Positions 52,621 to 55,392 of a DNA stretch of 55,392 nt are shown one piece after another. Within the stretch, counting starts at the first letter, position 1. The number at the start of each line of letters is the position of its first letter. The position numbers and the translations under genes were made by a program. The notes under the pieces were generated by a model. It ran no database searches. It saw nothing but the letters and a program-made list of their open reading frames with translations, and was not told where the DNA came from. Source of the DNA: Candidatus Aenigmatarchaeota archaeon (GTDB lineage: Archaea > Aenigmatarchaeota > Aenigmatarchaeia > QMZP01); assembly GCA_039091855.1 (NCBI GenBank), contig JAWCLA010000002.1, positions 1 to 55,392 on the forward strand, written 5' to 3'.

Positions 52621-53244
52621 ATGTTTCAAATAACAAGGAAAAGGCTTAACATTGCATTCTGGGCATTTTTCATACTGTCTGCGGCAGTTCTGATAGCAGG
52701 CTTCGCCGCAAACACGGTTTATATAGATGTGATACTGTCGTTTTTGCTTATAGGAGTAGGATTTCATGGCATCTTGGAGGAATTTGAGTCGAGAAGCAAC
52801 AGAAGAATGTTCAGAAAGCTGGATGATTCCCTTCAGCAGCTCTCAGAACTTATGCAGGGAAGCCATTTTTTAATAAAGAACATAAAAGAAAGCCAAGAAC
52901 TAAGGTTTCACAGGCTTGACTTGAAGTATTCAAGTCTTGAACAAAGGCTTGATAGGAGGAACAACGAATTCTCAAAGAGATTTCTCGATATTGAAAACAA
53001 GATAAAGACAATCAACAAAAAAATTGCCGGGGAGAAGCCAAAACCGATGACAAAAATTGAAAAAAGGATAGGAAAGGCAATAGCCATTCTAAGAAAGGAG
53101 GGAATGATAAATATTTCATCTTATTCGAGAAGGCTCCGAGTGAGCAGGGCCATCGCAAGAAATGACCTTAAAAAAATGACAGCAATGAACATAGTTAAGA
53201 AAAGAGGAAAGGGAAGAAAAACATATTTCGTTCTGGCCGTATAA
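52621..53244 (+). CDS. Membrane-anchored coiled-coil protein with C-terminal winged-helix-like domain (hypothetical)
   Basis: Two N-terminal TM helices, a central coiled-coil-like region, and a C-terminus KAIAILRKEGMINISSYSRRLRVSRAIARNDLKKMTAMNIVKKRGKGRKTYFVL. Lies between rpl11 and rpl1. Confidence 0.6.
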   Translation: MFQITRKRLNIAFWAFFILSAAVLIAGFAANTVYIDVILSFLLIGVGFHGILEEFESRSNRRMFRKLDDSLQQLSELMQGSHFLIKNIKESQELRFHRLDLKYSSLEQRLDRRNNEFSKRFLDIENKIKTINKKIAGEKPKPMTKIEKRIGKAIAILRKEGMINISSYSRRLRVSRAIARNDLKKMTAMNIVKKRGKGRKTYFVLAV

Positions 53245-53364
53245 AGCTTATAAAGGCAACACTTCTATAATGTAAATACTTTCAATCCGTGGCGATTTGA
53301 TAGGGAAGGTGTCTGCACACACCTTACAGCAAAAAGTGCCGCACTGCTTCGGCAGGAGGATAAG

Positions 53365-54000
53365 ATGAACGAATTTTTGGAAAGGGTAAGGGAAGCAAGG
53401 GAAAAGGCAAAACCCAGAAGGTTCAAACAAAGCTGGGATTTTTCTGTCAACCTTAAGGGGCTTGACCTGAAGAAACCTGAAAACAGGATAAATGCTGAAA
53501 TTATACTTCCAGAAGGTCTCGGAAGGGAGCTTAAAGTGGCTGTAATAGCAGACTCTCTCGTAAATGAGGCAAAAAAATCAGCCGACCTTGTTATCACAAA
53601 GGAAGAGATAGAGGAAATAGCTAAAAACAGGAAACGGCTTAAAAAAATAGCCAGAGAATATGACAGGTTTCTCGGAGAGGCCAGCCTTATGCCTACTATA
53701 GGAAAATATTTTGGGATTGTTTTGGGCCAAAGGGGAAAGATGCCAAAGCCAATACCACCAAAGGTTAAGATAGAGCCTTTCATTGAAGCGGCAAAAAAAA
53801 CTGTTAAGATATCACTAAAAGAAAGCCCTGTGGTCCATGTTTCTGTCGGGACAGAGGACATGCCTGACGAAAAAATTGTAGCCAACATGGAGGCAGTCTT
53901 GAATTTTCTCAAGGAAAAGCTGCCAAAAGGAAAGACCAACATAAAATCAGCACACATAAAGCTTACAATGGGACCTCCTGTTAAAGTAAAGATAGATTGA
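53365..54000 (+). CDS. rpl1: 50S ribosomal protein L1 (uL1)
   Basis: KPRRFKQSWDFSVNLKGLDLKKPENRI, with the GGAGG Shine-Dalgarno motif (53355-53359) 5 nt upstream of the ATG. Confidence 0.9.
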   Translation: MNEFLERVREAREKAKPRRFKQSWDFSVNLKGLDLKKPENRINAEIILPEGLGRELKVAVIADSLVNEAKKSADLVITKEEIEEIAKNRKRLKKIAREYDRFLGEASLMPTIGKYFGIVLGQRGKMPKPIPPKVKIEPFIEAAKKTVKISLKESPVVHVSVGTEDMPDEKIVANMEAVLNFLKEKLPKGKTNIKSAHIKLTMGPPVKVKID

Positions 54001-54001
54001 T

Positions 54002-54880
54002 ATGGTCTCAGAAAAAAAGAAAAGGGTTGCAAGAGAACTAACGGAGCTTGTAAGGTCAAACAAAGTAGTAGGCATAGTTGACATGCACAAGCTCCCTGCA
54101 AAGCAGCTTTTTGAAATAAGAAAGAAGCTGAAGGGAAAGGCAAGGATAGTAGTCGCAAAGAAGAGGGTAATACAAATAGCATTAAAAAGCTCTGGCTTGG
54201 AGGGAATAGAAAAGCTTTCGGAAGCAGTCAGGGGAGAGCCTGCACTGCTTTTCAGCAATGAAAACCCATTCAAACTTTCTGTAATGATTAACGAGTCAAA
54301 GTCCACAGCATTTGCAAAGCCGGGCGAAATCGCGCCTCATGACATAGAGGTTAAGGCAGGGCCCACGAGCCTTCCACCAGGACCTGCCATAGGTGAATTG
54401 CAAAGGATAAAAATCCCGGCAGGGGTTGAAGGAGACAAGATTGTTATAAGAAAGGATACCGTTGTTGCAAAGGCAGGAGAGGTTATACAAAAGCCTGTTG
54501 CGGACGTGCTTGCAAAACTTGGAATAGAGCCGATGGAAATCGGGCTGAACCTTGTTGCTGTATGGGAAAATGGTATAATATACTCAAAAGAAATACTTTC
54601 AATCCCGCCATCAAAATATCTTGATGATGTAAAACAGGCATTCTCATTTGCCTTTAACTTGGCATTCAACATAAATTACTACACAAGCCATAACATTCAA
54701 TTGTTCCTTTCAAAGGCTTACAAAGAAGCACTTGCTCTCGCTGAAAACTCAGGGATAGTTCTCCCGGAAACAATACCATCCCTTTTTGCAAGGGCAAAGG
54801 CGCAACACGACTTTCTGGAGAAAAAATTAGGAACGATGCAATCAAAGGAGGAAAAACAAATTAATATTTTGGAGGTGTGA
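54002..54880 (+). CDS. rpl10: 50S ribosomal protein L10 / acidic stalk protein P0 (uL10), short form
   Basis: KKRVARELTELVRSNKVVGIVDMHKLPAKQLFEIRKKLKGKARIVVAKK. 292 aa. Ends ...KEEKQINILEV, without the acidic GL..LFG tail. Confidence 0.85.
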   Translation: MVSEKKKRVARELTELVRSNKVVGIVDMHKLPAKQLFEIRKKLKGKARIVVAKKRVIQIALKSSGLEGIEKLSEAVRGEPALLFSNENPFKLSVMINESKSTAFAKPGEIAPHDIEVKAGPTSLPPGPAIGELQRIKIPAGVEGDKIVIRKDTVVAKAGEVIQKPVADVLAKLGIEPMEIGLNLVAVWENGIIYSKEILSIPPSKYLDDVKQAFSFAFNLAFNINYYTSHNIQLFLSKAYKEALALAENSGIVLPETIPSLFARAKAQHDFLEKKLGTMQSKEEKQINILEV

Positions 54881-54882
54881 AT

Positions 54883-55188
54883 ATGGAAATGATATACGCG
54901 GCGCTTCTGCTTCACAGCGCAGGAAAGAAGATAGATGAGCAGTCACTCACAAAGGTTTTGGAGGCAGCAGGCAAGAAGCCAGAGCCAGCGATGGTGAAGG
55001 CTGTTGTTTCCAGCCTTGAGGGAGTGAACATAGACGATGCAATAAGGCAGGCTGCTTTCGTAGCAGCGGCCCCATCAGGTGTTGGAGCAGAACAAGCGAA
55101 AGAAGAGAAAAAGGAAGAGAAGAAAGAGGAAGACGCAGCCAAGAAGGCTGAGGAGGCAGCGGCTGGTTTGTCGAGTTTGTTCGGTTAA
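54883..55188 (+). CDS. rpl12: 50S ribosomal stalk protein P1 (L12)
   Basis: MEMIYAALLLHSAGKKIDEQSLTKVLEAAG, an Ala/Glu/Lys hinge, and the C-terminal tail AAAGLSSLFG. I chose ATG 54883 over the track's GTG 54877. Confidence 0.9.
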   Translation: MEMIYAALLLHSAGKKIDEQSLTKVLEAAGKKPEPAMVKAVVSSLEGVNIDDAIRQAAFVAAAPSGVGAEQAKEEKKEEKKEEDAAKKAEEAAAGLSSLFG

Positions 55189-55392
55189 ATGTCTGTAGTT
55201 ACAGGTGTATTAAATCTCCATGCATTTCCTGGAGTAGCATAATCGCTCATCCATGAAGGTTGACTTACTCCTCCCACAACATTTCCACCAGTCGAAGTTG
55301 TTCCACCCCAACTCAATCCCCCCACAGCCCCCATTACACCCATCATGCATGTTATGCCTCCATACAGCTCACCGATTGTGTAAATCCATGTT
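55185..55392 (-). CDS. 3' fragment of a Gly-rich hypothetical protein (gene continues beyond the window)
   Basis: My manual reverse-strand translation is open to the window edge: ...TWIYTIGELYGGITCMMGVMGAVGGLSWGGTTSTGGNVVGGVSQPSWMSDYATPGNAWRFNTPVTTDI*. Its stop overlaps the rpl12 stop. No family recognised. Confidence 0.3.
   Translation of the reverse strand, partial: TWIYTIGELYGGITCMMGVMGAVGGLSWGGTTSTGGNVVGGVSQPSWMSDYATPGNAWRFNTPVTTDI

Noticed and set aside
53265-54182. 305-aa minus-strand ORF.
   Set aside because: It lies entirely antisense to the strongly conserved rpl1 and rpl10 genes. It is a low-complexity Ser/Phe/Leu-rich translation, typical of a shadow ORF.

Overview
The window is archaeal chromosomal DNA. 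It is AT-rich and densely coded. It carries a core of information-processing genes:
- replication and repair: Orc1/Cdc6 with ORB-type origin repeats, family-B DNA polymerase, Hjc resolvase, an EndoQ-like nuclease;
- transcription and translation: TFS, aNAC, GlyRS, PheRS alpha and beta, S17e;
- the secE-spt5-L11-(insert)-L1-P0-P1 cluster;
- the tRNA-splicing endonuclease EndA.

These alternate with accessory-looking surface genes. There is a 1454-aa protein rich in N-glycosylation sequons, a cluster of SGC-lipobox paralogs beside a pilin-like gene, and a Cys-rich lamin-tail-domain lipoprotein. A small-genome or DPANN-like host is my inference only.

All three tRNA genes in the window are interrupted. 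I count five introns, and two of them lie at non-canonical D-arm and T-loop positions. The endA gene starts 2 nt after one of these tRNAs.

Features that ordinary annotation does not explain:
1. A roughly 3.3-copy tandem repeat (66-81 nt units) lies over the 5' end of the pilin-like ORF. Its GC hairpin is kept between copies by wholesale replacement of the stem.
2. A wHTH ORF is flanked by near-identical 160/162-bp direct repeats. These carry helically phased TGCTTAA heptamers and a 26-bp perfect palindrome.
3. Two ORB clusters bracket cdc6, a truncated DP1-like gene and a TctA-like gene, next to polB.
4. A KaiC-like / V4R / flavoprotein operon sits between isoprenoid-lipid genes.
5. A four-CBS protein is fused to an HPF-like domain.
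6. A SemiSWEET gene is broken by two frameshifts.
7. A membrane/coiled-coil/wHTH gene is inserted between rpl11 and rpl1.

I worked by eye, without tools. All homology calls come from remembered motifs. Coordinates of hand-built RNAs and repeats were counted manually and may be off by a base or two.
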